A DNA stretch of 63,975 bases, filler included, from Choristocarpus tenellus KU-1152 (lineage: Eukaryota > Protista > Phaeophyceae), in NCBI GenBank assembly GCA_964200185.2. It is 8 parts of 8 records of this genome, joined end to end, with 100 filler letters (N's around TTAATTAATTAA, not from the genome) between each part and the next. Parts side by side here need not be neighbours in the genome. Positions count along the whole stretch, not along the records: positions 1 to 8,828 come from CAXNAD020004287.1; positions 8,929 to 26,134 come from CAXNAD020000702.1; 6 more parts are not named here. One strand, given 5' to 3'. Below the pieces are notes generated by a model. That model was not told the origin of the DNA, did no database searches, and saw nothing but the letters and a program-made list of their open reading frames with translations. Each line of letters starts with the position of its first letter. Position 1 is the stretch's first letter. The position numbers were made by a program, and so were the translations under genes. Below are positions 1 through 11,538 of the stretch, in pieces.

Positions 1-199
1 CCGTTCGAGCTGTTTGCTCTCAGAGGAGGGCAGGCTCTCAGAGGAGGGCAGGACCACCAAAGTCGGTGGGAAGATCATATCGCCAGAGGGCGAATCCGTT
101 AGAGTCGGCGGGGATACTAGCTGAACCAGACGAGCCAGCTAGGGAATGAAGGAAGTTCAAGACCATGTTAGCCACTGTGGCTGATTATGGCAAGGTGAG

Positions 200-1138
200 A
201 TTGAATGCTTTCGAAACGTGGAGTTTTGAGTCGGGTGCTCCCAATAGTGTAACGAAAGACTCACAGTACATGTATTTACTTCACCACATGTCCACAAGGC
301 CACAACATGACCGTGGCTAACGGCACGTCAATACCCATTATGGGGTATGGCAAGATTGATTTATATTTCAATGTTGGCCACGATGAGTGGGTGCATGTTA
401 CTCTGACGTCTGTTGCATTTGTCCCGAAAGTAGCTTTCAATCTTCTCTCTTCTCATTCTGCTAGTAGGGATAAGGAAGTGGATAGCAATTAAGGTGTTGA
501 TGGGGTGGATGAGGCCAAGGACAGCCAATATGAAAGGGATTCACGACGACTCAGCATTGGCAATGGTTAAGACAACATCCTTCCCCACCGCACCAGATCA
601 GGCAATCATCCTACTTCCGCCTAAGCTGCTGTTTTTGACAGGCCCAATTTTTTTTATTTGTTTGTCTGTTTCCATAGAGACTACCCTTGTGATATGTGCG
701 AGTGATGATTCTATTTGAGTGTTCGCGGATGAATTCCCTCCAGAACCCAAGACTGTAAGGGCAGCACGTAGCTCTCCTGAATGTGATTTATGGGATCGAG
801 CTAGAGCAGAAGAGATGTCTGATTTGTTCCTAAATAATGTTTGGGTGGAGGCCGTATTACCCCCTGGACGCAGGCCTATACACACTAAATGGATCCACAA
901 GCGTAAGACTAACAAATTTGGTGAGGTAGTTAGATACAAGGCACGTTTTGTAGCAAAATGTTTTCGACAAATTGAGGGTTTAGATTATCAAGATACCTTT
1001 GTACCAACACCGTCCCCTGCATCTTTGAGAATGGTTTTAGCTTTAGCTGCAGACAAGGATTGGGAATTGAAACTTTTTGGGATGTGAAACAAGCATTTAT
1101 ACAAGCAGATATTAGTGAAGAGATTTTTTGTTCGTTTA
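200..1138 (+). mobile_element. Ty1/Copia LTR retrotransposon pol remnant (protease region and start of RT; integrase region missing)
   Basis: WSFESGA (WxxDSGA-like protease motif) near 218-240; MTVANGTSIPIMGYGKIDL at 307; 719-1130 reads EPKTVRAA...WVEAVLPPGRRPIHTKWIHKRKTNKFGEVVRYKARFVAKCFRQIEGLDYQDTFVP, then after a frameshift DVKQAFIQADISEEIF, typical Copia RVT_2. Cut by a MITE at ~1139. Confidence 0.92.
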
Positions 1139-1381
1139 TGTCCATTTGGGGAAAAAATCCAATGTTGCGATTTTGATGTAATTTTGGCTATCGCGTTTGT
1201 TAGGAAGTGTCAATATCCATGTTTCGGACACACCTTTCCATCATGCATACTTTTCACCTACTCCTAAACATTTCGGATTGGGTAAATGCCATAAAAAAAA
1301 CAATGGAAAGCCAAGTCCAAAGCCAAGTCCCAAATGGACAAAGAGGGAAAAACTCGTAAACCCTCTACGATACTTTCACTC
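1139..1381 (-). mobile_element. MITE family A copy (one end truncated)
   Basis: Reverse-orientation match to the ~260-bp element, ending ...CCCTCTACGATACTTTCACTC. Confidence 0.9.
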
Positions 1382-1399
1382 GTGAAGTGACTTGTTATG

Positions 1400-2630
1400 A
1401 ACTCAAATACGGTGGACAGATGAGAGGATGAACCTGACACTCCATTGGGTACCTCTTCGCTCAGGACGTATCGTTTCTCTGGAACAGGCTCTTCAGAAGA
1501 CCCGAGTGAGGAGTTATTGGTGTAGGGGTCGATTCCGAGCTCGTATTTCCTCTTCAGGTCGTTTATGACCTGCATAGCGACCTCCAGGACAGCCCTTTTG
1601 ATGAGGATATCCTTGGCGTGCATTCTCCTCATATATACCCTTTTGATTTTTCACGGTCATGATGCTCATTCTTCCTCGGCCTGGGCGGCAGACGCAGGGT
1701 CTGGATCGCCGTCCCCTGGTCTGTTCTTCTTCCCCTTTCCTCGCGTCCTCTTCTTTTTTCCTTGGTCGGGGTCAGCTGGGGGTCGTTTGTTTCGGACGCC
1801 CCTTAGAGTGGTCGAGAACTGTCATGGAGGAGCGCATGGTTAGTGGAATGGTAAATCACATGTATGACATGGGTGTCTGCCTCGCAACGCACAAACTTGA
1901 CGGTAAATATTGCAGTTGTTGCAGGGTCAGCAGGGGGTATATTCACATACATCTATAGGTTGGGTGAATCGTCACAGTCAAAGCTTGACTTACCCATTCC
2001 TCTGGAAATGTCCCCGTCCCGACAACATACGTCAATGAGAGCGCGTCACTAGGTAGTCTTTTGGCTGCCTGCTCTGAGAAGATATGCGCAGTCACTTCCA
2101 CAATGTCGCGCAAGCGATGACCTTGGGGGGTCTCCCCTCTGAGGATGGATAGTCCAGCTCCTGTGAGGACATCAGCGAACATTCTTGCGAAGTGCTGATC
2201 CTTGATCTCGTCTATGAGCTACATGTATGGGTGGGCAATCGTGTTCCATTAGGAACCCGGGAAAGAACGTGTTTTGAGGATGTGAGGAATTTAGGGTTAA
2301 CAATGTATTGATCGAAGAAGGGTTTGCAGGGGATGTGTGTCGCGCAGCAGAACTCCATGGGCTTAGGGTTCCATGGGTGGGGACGTGTTGGGAATGTTTA
2401 ACCCACATGCAATCTGTAGGCGTGTGTGAACCCCCCGCTGTTCTTGAGGGATTCGATGGTGACGTCTGGGTTAGCGTACCAAAGCACAGTGAAGATATGA
2501 ACCCCCCTAAAGTCGAATTTGTTCTGCTCGGGTGTGTGTTAGGTGTGCGGAGGATAAGGTCACATGACCAGGACAGAAGAACGTGGGAATGGGAGTATGT
2601 ATGTTGGTTAATGGCATATCCCATATCGGC
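1400..2630 (-). mobile_element. Probable degenerate non-LTR retrotransposon 3' region
   Basis: Chain of broken minus-strand frames (2172-2624, 1943-2182, 1264-1632), no splice structure, His/Cys and GTGTFP segments reminiscent of LINE C-termini. No diagnostic motif is intact. Confidence 0.3.
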
Positions 2631-2633
2631 GAT

Positions 2634-2892
2634 GAGTGAAAGTATCTTAGAAGGTACGAGTTATTCCCTGTTTGTCCATTTGGACTTGGCTTCCCATGAG
2701 TTTTTTGTATGACATTTACCTACTCCAAAATGTTTAGGAGAAGGTAAAATGTATATATTATGAATAGGTGTGTCCGGAACATGGATATTGATACTTCCTA
2801 GCAAACACGATAGCCAATATTACGTCAAAATCACAACATTGGATTTTGTCCCCCAAATGGACTCGGCTCTACCATCTAAGATGCTTGGGCTC
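2634..2892 (+). mobile_element. MITE family A copy
   Basis: GAGTGAAAGTATCTTAGAAGGTA...TACCATCTAAGATGCTTGGGCTC; full length, no clear TSD. Confidence 0.92.
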
Positions 2893-3219
2893 GTGCAAAA
2901 CCTCTAAATTGAAGCCGGTATGAATAGCTATGGGGGGCTTTACGGCCCACTCCAGGTTTATGGTCTGCAATGCCCTCAACAAAGCATGACCCTAAAGTGG
3001 TTGGACGCTTTGAGTCTTGTTCAATATCTGTTCAGGCATTATTCTTCCACAAAAAAAAGAAACGAGAGAGTCAATGTCTGATTCAGGGGGGTGGCCTTCT
3101 TTTGTATGGTTAAAGTCGTGCTATATGCACAGTGATTTCTCAATGGTCGGCCTGTACCTTCCTACATACAGTATACTAATGGGGTTATCCTCTCTTCTGC
3201 TTCATATGATCCTCTCCAC

Positions 3220-3262
3220 AGGGACAATAACCAGGGGTAAGGGACAATAACCAGGGGTAAGG
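3220..3262. repeat. 20-bp tandem duplication
   Basis: AGGGACAATAACCAGGGGTA occurs twice in tandem. Confidence 0.85.
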
Positions 3263-4566
3263 AGCATCTGCCGAAGTGTGAGAAGTTTATGTAGCCACAC
3301 GATGGTGATACACATATATAAATCGTCAATTCAAGTTCAATCTGTGAAGCCAGGGATTAGTGCGGTGTTGTTGGACGGTTAGTCATGGGGTGTTGGATGT
3401 CGAAATGTCGAGATGGCTGCACTGCGCTTATGCTGGAGCCGTCGCGCTTCTTGTGTGTTCTCTCCACACACTGAGAAGGATGCCCTCCAGCTCTTTTGTT
3501 TCTGGTGGAACATAGTGAGGGGAAGAGAGGGATTGGGTTAGTCGGATCACCGATGCCGAGTTAATATGGATGTGGGCGACGAAAAGTAGGCGATGCTTCA
3601 TAATCGTTTCACGAAGCGTTTCCTGGTAAGGAGCCGTGAGAACCCGACCTTCTCCCGCTCATATCTGCACAAGGGTGGCGATCGAATTGGAGAACTGGGC
3701 GGAGATTTGGTTGCTGAGTCTTCTAATTCCGGTTTCCATGTTTGTGTCCTCCCACTCTTCCGTGAGGAATGCCTTGATTTTCGCAGCAATCCTCCTCCTT
3801 ATTGCCGTCTGGAATGTGGCGTCGGCACTCCGGAAGTCTATGTCTCCTAGACAGTATTGGTTGCATTGGGTTAGCAATGTTGTCATGCGCGTGCGACGCT
3901 CAGAGTCCTCACCTGTATCCTGCAGGTAGGGGCGGGACCTGTCACACCTGAAGTCGCGCTTATACTCCATGATAGCTGCAATCCAACCCACCATCCAATG
4001 GAATATGTCGAGGATGTTAGGCACATGTGATCTACTGGTCACCACACTCTCTCCTATCGATATGGATTCAGCCTTCTCACGATTGCACTGTGGAAATAAC
4101 TTCCACCTGAACCTCCTGTGCTCGCCTATCTGCACATTCACTCCGACGTCTGAGGCCCATTGCGTTGTGACGTGGTCTGGGAGGTTGATGCTACATGGGA
4201 TATTATCCTCCTTCGCCGCGCACTCGATGGCCCTCAGGAGCATGATCCTATGTTGTCCACTCAGACAAAATAAGACATTATCGTCATCGTCCGGATCCCT
4301 AGCGTTACCATCCTCATCTAGTTCCAGGTTGCCGTTCGCATGTTAGTGCGCGAGCAGTTCACTGTTGGGTGCATCAGAGGGTACCTTTGCTTTGCGCATG
4401 TCGGCCTTGAACTTGTGGATCTTTTTCCATTGCGAGTACGAAGAGAAAGGCTGTCCACTCAGGATCCCTGTGAGATTATCGGTGGCAACTTGTGGGTCCG
4501 GGCCCAGCTTTGAAAACATTGACTCTACCCTCTCTCCTTATCAAGGAGATTGACATTGTACCTCTG

Positions 4567-6080
4567 GGATCGAATTTGAAAATGTTGGTGACACCACTAT
4601 TGACAACTGCTTCGCACAAATTCCGAATGCAAATGAACACATAAACTTGTGTAGAGACGTGTGGTTGTGTTCACGACCGAGAAAAGCGCAATGAAGGGTG
4701 GATACGTTGGAGAATCCTTAACACCGCACACGTCGCCAATCTTGGCCTAATGTGAGCATTTGCTCCCTGGATTTCAATTCGCCATGGCATGGTGGGCTCT
4801 TAGTGTACACCAAAAAAATGTCGCCAGTGTCGACAGACCCATGCTATATACGGCAGAATAGACAGACCGGCGTGAATAGGGGTTACGCCGATTTTGATGC
4901 GAAATTGCTTTCACTCGGAATTATATCTGGAGGTTCCGAAAGATATTTACACAGGTGGCAACATAGCAGTGGTGGTCGAAATGGATATGGTCGCAGACCT
5001 GAAATCCTTTCTACATAATGCGATGGGGTATTAATCGCCACTACTTTGCACAATATTGTGCAGGAGGGAATGTAATTAGGAACGTGTCCGTGTCATGTTT
5101 GTTTGTACGGGCGATCTCGTGTGAATTGATGTAGCGTGGTGGACAGCAACGCCGTCTACACCTAACCCGAATTTGGGCTATGCATTAAGAAAGTATTAAC
5201 GGTATAATTCTTAATGCGAGGGGCATGTTCGTGCTTTCACCAAAAGCCAAGTACAAGAGAAGTTGGAACTGTTTATCGAGAGGAGCACGTACATAGAAAT
5301 TGGCGGAATACGTTACATATCGCGAACGGCCGGTTGTCGAGGAATGCTCGACCCTGAATGGGCGTGTTGTCTACGGCACATTATGCAACAATGGTTGGGT
5401 AGAGGGCTGTGACTACAGGGTCATACAACCGCTTGGGTACATGATGATGCCACCCACATGCAAATGCATGCTATGTGAACGGACGAAATTCGCAACATCC
5501 GTCAAAGGCCCTAAATCATTATGGTGTTTGCGAGATTGGTCTTTCAGAAGCGCTCTCGAACGAGCTGCACAAAGGGTGCACGTTTCTGGTAGGGGGACTC
5601 ACCTTCTGGTTCCCTTTTGAAGCATGGCGGCGTTCGGTAGTTGGACTAAGCCTCTCCTTTTGTCGTGTGATGTCTGCATCGGGTGGGCACGTTGCAAATG
5701 GGACAGGGGAAACCGACAGAAGGAGAGAGAGAAAATGTTTTGCGCATTGAGTCAGGTCCAGAGAGGATGGCATGTTGCGGTCGGGTTACATCATCCTCGA
5801 GTCGTACGCACCTGATTACCTTGCACGAAGAAGAAGTCCTGTCATCTTTTTCCCTTCCGACATGCCTGGTGTTTAGCGTTACGTACAGGGCACAGGGATA
5901 GCTGCAGACGAATTCGATCCTTGTAGAAGGGATACGCACCTAGTCTCCCTTGATCAAGAAAGTATGATCTTTTCGACCTCTTTTCGACCTCTTTTTTTTT
6001 CAGTTGTACAACAATTTCACAATAATCAATAAAAGAACAACCGACCTTACTGAACGTTGTACCCCTAGAAGAGAGTATAT
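4567..6080 (+). repeat. Interspersed repeat family D, split by a ~970-bp insert (4994-5962)
   Basis: 4567-4993 and 5963-6080 align colinearly with 63185-63722, where the two parts are contiguous. Confidence 0.85.
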
Positions 6081-7723
6081 ATATTGAGGTTCTAAACATG
6101 CTAGTTTGAGTGTTCCTTTTTCTTGGGAATCAAATAGGATATTTAAAAAGGGGAGTTTTGCTCTCTTGGCATATATCTATATGTGTGTGTGTGTGTCTGT
6201 GACGACGTTGAACGAGAACAATAGAGAGTTACAATTGTATACATACAACTCTCCATCCTCAACTTCTTCATTAGTGCGACAAGGCCAAAACGTCCAGTTT
6301 GCATCTTTCTTTCATATATTTGCACAGTTGAAGAATTATATTATAGTGCACAACAATAAAACTTTCGCCAACCACATTTGCGACCAACCTCACACTCGTT
6401 CACTCACTCAACAATAAACCAATGGGCCTGGACAATATAGAGGATTCGTTGTCGCAGTTCTTCGAGAGGATCATGCCCATCGCACCACAGATGTTGGATG
6501 GCCACCCGTCAGCCACTAGGGGATCTGACTAACAACGGGAATCAACTCGTGGACTCTGGAGGGGTAGACCCCAGGACATCCCAAGGGTAAGACCAGGCCT
6601 CCATCGCAGATAGACACACTCCAATATAGCCTGTGCGTTCTGTAATTAGTGCAACGAGGGATTAGCGCTTGAAGACTGGACATGGTGAAGCATATGGTTA
6701 CCATATCCTTCCGAAATCATACGTTTGCATCGAAATCAGAGACACGTGGTGTTCACCAGTTACACCGTAGCTCAGAACTGGTGATGCACACGTCCTCCCC
6801 TCAACAACAGGACGAAACCTAACGACGAAGATCGTTTCCTCCGATACGTCGACTACGATTATATCGGAAATAAACGATACTCCTTTCAGCTTCTGTTTCC
6901 AATCCCAACCCTAACACCTGTCCCAACCCTAACCCTGTGCCTCAACCCCAACACCATCCCTGACCCTTCCTATCCCGAAACTATGCCAACACATGTTTCG
7001 CTCCTCCTTCATCCACTCGTCTCATGTAATTTTTTTCATACTTTACCGTACAACAAAGTATGACAAAAGTTGCGGCGGTCCACATAACGACTCATTTGAA
7101 GGCACACTCCTCCAATCCATCATCCTCGATTTTCCAACAACTCAAGCACAATCTCATATCCCCTGTAGAGAAGGAGGCACAAACAATGGTATGTGCATCT
7201 GGGGATTCACGTAGACCTACACCACATGAAACGTTCGGTATCCCTTCCACCAAAAAACCCATCCTACACCATAGTTTACGGTACGACAGAACCCATCAAT
7301 TGTAGTGCATACACACGCGAATAATTTCGGGGGTGACACCCACCAAACATTTATCAACCGTTTCCCAAAAAATCAGCTCAAAGCATATACTCTGCCGTAC
7401 AACAAACTACCTCAATTCACTTCGTCCTACGTGCTTCATGGGATGTATCCATAATCTTCTTGATGTGGCTCGCATGTGCCTGAATACGCGATGCACACCA
7501 AGTCAGGATATTCTAACCGAGGCAGTTTCGGTCCTTGATGTATCCAACACCCCGTTGTTGATGTATTAAACATTAGGTGTCGCCCAACACGGCCCTACTA
7601 CGTCGAACACTTCATGACCAAATATTGTGCATGCCCCCTCATCCGAACAGCGTGGCAGCATTACTGATGTTCGCATCATCAACATCGAACTCGAGTGTCA
7701 AGGGGAAACAAACCCACCAAACC

Positions 7724-7983
7724 GAGTGAAAGTATCTTAGAGGGTACGAGTTTTGCCCTGTTTGTCCATTTAGGGCTTGGCTTCCCATGAGTTTTTTTAA
7801 TGACATTTTCCAACTTCAAAATGTGTTGGAGTAGGTAAAATGTGTGCGTTATGAAAAGGCGTGCCTGGAACAAGGATATTGACACGTCTTGACAGACACG
7901 ATAGCCAAAATTACAACAAAATCGCAACATTGGATTTTGGCCCCCAAATGGACGCGGCGCTACCCTCTAAGATACTTTGGCTC
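7724..7983 (+). mobile_element. MITE family A copy with AACC target-site duplication
   Basis: AACC|GAGTGAAAGTATCTTAGAGGGTA...TACCCTCTAAGATACTTTGGCTC|AACC. Confidence 0.95.
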
Positions 7984-8828
7984 AACCATAACCTCACTTA
8001 AATCCCACTCAGGAAACGGGGACTCAAGAGACTGCCCAGGACCAGTGCCGCTCGTTCGTGGAAGAAATCTAAGACGGACCAGATCATGCACCTCTTCCTC
8101 TCCATGTTTGTCAACCACGATAATCTAGAGGAGATGGAAGGAAGCGGTCGCACTTGGAACAACCTTGCCTCTTGGTTATTAGATGAGAAAAGCAGGTTTG
8201 CACCATTGGCGAGCGCGCTGCGAGTTGTGCTGGCTTGGGGGAACAACGTGAGTCCACACCTGATCTCCAGCCCAAGACATTCCTAGAATGCGTTATGAAA
8301 GATCTTTGCACCGAGCACACCCACCAGGTATACAACTCCATCCCCATCGGCATCGCTCCTGATGTTGAAATACTGGATGACGGGGTGACATCGACATTTC
8401 AACCCCTTCTGTCCGTCACAGCATGAAAATACTACATCAAGGTCGAATCACTAAGGTCATCCGCGAAGAAACGCACGGAATTCATACAAGACATGCGGCG
8501 ACAGACAAGACCCTCTGCAGCGCCTGCCAAGGACGCTGGAGGATCGTCTCCTGTATCCGACCCTCACGCTCTTCCGTGCTCTCCTCAAGGCACCGCCCAG
8601 AGGTATGGAAGTTCCTACTCACCAACCATCAACAGTATGATAAACACAACTTCGCCCCCGGGCAAACACGTCCCCTGTATGTCCAAGAACAATTTAATCA
8701 TTAACAGATGCTCGGATGATCCTTTATATCGTGGTGCACAACTGACACTCGCCCCACATGTTCCATTGTTACCTCAGACAAAATGGCAGACCAAGGGTAT
8801 TCAACGTGGGAAGGGAAAGCTCCTCGTG

Positions 8829-8928
8829 NNNNNNNNNNNNNNNNNNNNNNNNNNNNNNNNNNNNNNNNNNNNTTAATTAATTAANNNNNNNNNNNNNNNN
8901 NNNNNNNNNNNNNNNNNNNNNNNNNNNN
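8829..8928. other. Artificial contig-joining spacer (also 26135-26234, 37773-37872, 42187-42286, 46086-46185, 56213-56312, 59013-59112)
   Basis: Identical N44-TTAATTAATTAA-N44 block seven times; the core has stops in all six frames. Confidence 0.98.
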
Positions 8929-8992
8929 TTTTTTTTTTTTTCAAATGGTTTCCCTGGTGTTAGCCCCCCCCCCCCCCCAGATACTTTGGGCC

Positions 8993-9160
8993 TTTCTGGA
9001 TTATGTCAAAAATTTCCGTAAACAGTAGAGAAATAAAGGCTCTCAAGGTGACCTTAGTACTTCATCCACTGAGATATGGGTGAATTGCAAAAGATTTAAA
9101 AAAAACTACCTTAAAATGCAAAACGGCCAAAACCTGGGTACCTATCGTTTACTTTGGCTC
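8993..9160 (+). mobile_element. MITE-like family E fragment (related copy ~10990-11104; related TIR start at 51624)
   Basis: CTTCATCCA...GTGAATTGCAAAAG...AACCTGGGTACCT shared with 11003-11090; ends TTTACTTTGGCTC, the same TIR core as family A. Confidence 0.6.
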
Positions 9161-9164
9161 TTAA

Positions 9165-9451
9165 GAGTCAAAGCATTTAAGGGAGTGGGGCTCCGTCCGT
9201 TTGGAGTCATAAATCCATTGTTGCGATTATGATGTAATTTTGGCTATTGTGTTTGTTAGGAGATATCAATATCCTTGTTCCGGACACACCTCTTCATAAC
9301 ACATACATTTTAGAAAACTGTGTTCACACCGAAAACCGAAAAAGATATATATATATATATATATATTTTAAACCCTTGGAAGTCAAGCCCTGAATGGACA
9401 AGTCAAAAGTCAAACAGAGTGAAACTCCTACCGTCTTGAATGCTTTGGGTC
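9165..9451 (-). mobile_element. MITE family A2 copy
   Basis: GAGTCAAAGCATTTAAG...CTTGAATGCTTTGGGTC; internal TGTGTTCACA-GAAAACCGAAAA segment marks the A2 variant; flanked by TAA/TAA. Confidence 0.85.
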
Positions 9452-10039
9452 TAACCCCCTTGTCAAATCGCCTTGACTTGATTTATGGGCTATGGCATTT
9501 CATAGGTATTCCTCGAGTCAATCCAATTGCAAATCAAGTAACTTTGTGGTATATTTCATTATTAAGGTTGAGAAGAATAAAGCGCATCAAAACTGTTATC
9601 ATCGTGATATATTTTCATATTTTCTCAACGTTCAAATTAGAATAGAGAAGCGGTTAATAGCTCTTCCCAACCAATCGTCCGAGCAGCAACATAGATTGTC
9701 CGCACTTCATCCCATATCACGGGGGACTTGGTTACACCCTAACCCTAACCCAAGTTTCACCGCACTGGGAGGGCAGTTGAGCTATCTTCACCCCTGTACG
9801 TTTTTTGAGCGTGGTTTCAGCACCTTTTTCTTCACGGATTATTTCATACAGGTGACGCACCTGGTCTGTCAGTTACAACATATCTGTGCCACCTATCCTA
9901 CAGGAAATTTCTGTGTTGCCTGTGTGTGATCCTACAGGCTGCATGTGAGAACTTGAGCTGATTTCGGACATGTGTGTCACAATTGCGTCTTTGATACCAT
10001 GTGTGTAGGTATGTATCACCTCAAACGACCAACGATGAC

Positions 10040-10146
10040 AGGAATGATGATATAGTAAGGATGATAGGAATGATGATAGGAATGGCGATGTAGGAATAGT
10101 GATATAGGAATAGTGATATAGGAATAGTGATATAGGAATGATGATG
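10040..10146. repeat. 14-bp minisatellite (GATATAGGAATAGT)n with degenerate flanking units
   Basis: About three near-perfect units at ~10092-10140 and degenerate AGGAATGATGAT units upstream. Confidence 0.85.
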
Positions 10147-11257
10147 TGGGAAAGTACTCCAATACCTGTTGTGCAGCATTCTTGCTGTGGAGGCAACTCT
10201 GAAATCAACGAGGAGTATTATATGGTAGTTCAATATCCACCTCAATACTGTAGCGCTTTTTTGGTCAGGGCCCTACTGCACCGATCATTCCATGGAAGTG
10301 CTATGAAGGGTCCAGGGCACTACGGATCTACTCCACAGAGCTACACAGCCAGTTGCGTACCATGTAGAATGCACTCACAGTACCACATTTTAGTCAAGGT
10401 TATCGCAATCACACCTGTTGCAAAAGAAGCCTAGTGGGGGTGAATATACTGGGATTGTAGCCCAGAGAATCCTAATGCAGGTATGTCAGTTTGCACAATG
10501 TGTTTATGACACATGTTGTCTGAAGAAAGAACGACCCTGCTATTTGGGATCTTCCTCCTGGACAGGGGGGGGGGGGCAGAGTCCCCATTCCATTTCAAAA
10601 CCAATCCCCTAGTGTACACTGCACGACTCTGTCAACCTCCAAACCGTTTTTTTATTGTAGACAAGTGTAATCTTTGATGAATACAGTGGTCGTACTGGCT
10701 CTCTTAGTAACACCTTCATACGTAAAGTCAGTGCATTGAATGGGACATGTTGACTCTTCAGGCGATAAGAGATCGCATCCCTACCATTGAAGTGCCTGCT
10801 CTCTCCTCCTTGAATGTGTGCAGTGTTTTTGTAGTAAAAGTAAACGAGGGAGGTAGCCAGAGTTTCGTTTTAAGGATACTGACAAAATACGTGTAAAATT
10901 CGGGTTTATTTACAAATGTATACAAGATATTGTATGGATTGTGTTGGAAAACTTTCCAACACAATAGATAATATAAATAGCCGACCCCAAGTCAAAATCA
11001 GAACTTCATCCATAGAAACGTGAGTGAATTGCAAAAGGTTGAAAAACAGACTTAGGACGAAAAATCCACATAAACCTGGGTACCTGTGGCTTACTCCAGA
11101 TCTCTCCCGTGTGATGCTTACTATGTATGGAGATGACCAATCGAGATTAAGAATTGAAAAATGAATTATTTTAAGAAATGTCCTTGATGGGTGGATATTG
11201 GAAGAGGAATCACTACCGCTTCATCGTGGTTACACAGTGTTCGTATTTTTATGACTG

Positions 11258-11538
11258 GACCCAAAGTATTTAAAGGGTTAGGGCCATGTCCGTTTGGGGT
11301 CATAAATCCAACGTTGCAATTTTGATGTAATTTTTGCTATCACGTTTATTATCGAGTGCCAATATCCTTGCTCCAGACTCACCTTTCACAGTCATGCACA
11401 TTGTACCTACTCCGAAGAGTCGGAGGATGTAACTGTGTTCACAGAAAACCGAAAAAAGGGTATAAAAAAATCGGTGGGAAGCCAAGCCTTGAACGGACAA
11501 ACGGGCAAAACTCGTACCCTCTTAAAATGCTTTGGATC
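11258..11538 (-). mobile_element. MITE family A2 copy
   Basis: GACCCAAAGTATTTAAAGGGT...ACCCTCTTAAAATGCTTTGGATC; internal sequence matches families A/A2. Confidence 0.88.

Noticed and set aside
6905-6965. Telomere (CCCTAA-like motifs here, at ~9737-9752 and ~54421-54432)
   Set aside because: Only one or two units each, degenerate and interstitial.
8873-8884. Recurrent palindrome TTAATTAATTAA as a biological motif
   Set aside because: It always sits in the middle of identical 100-nt N spacers; it is an artificial six-frame-stop linker.
10040-10146. CRISPR-like array
   Set aside because: Tandem 14-bp units with no unique spacers, in a eukaryotic context with no cas genes.
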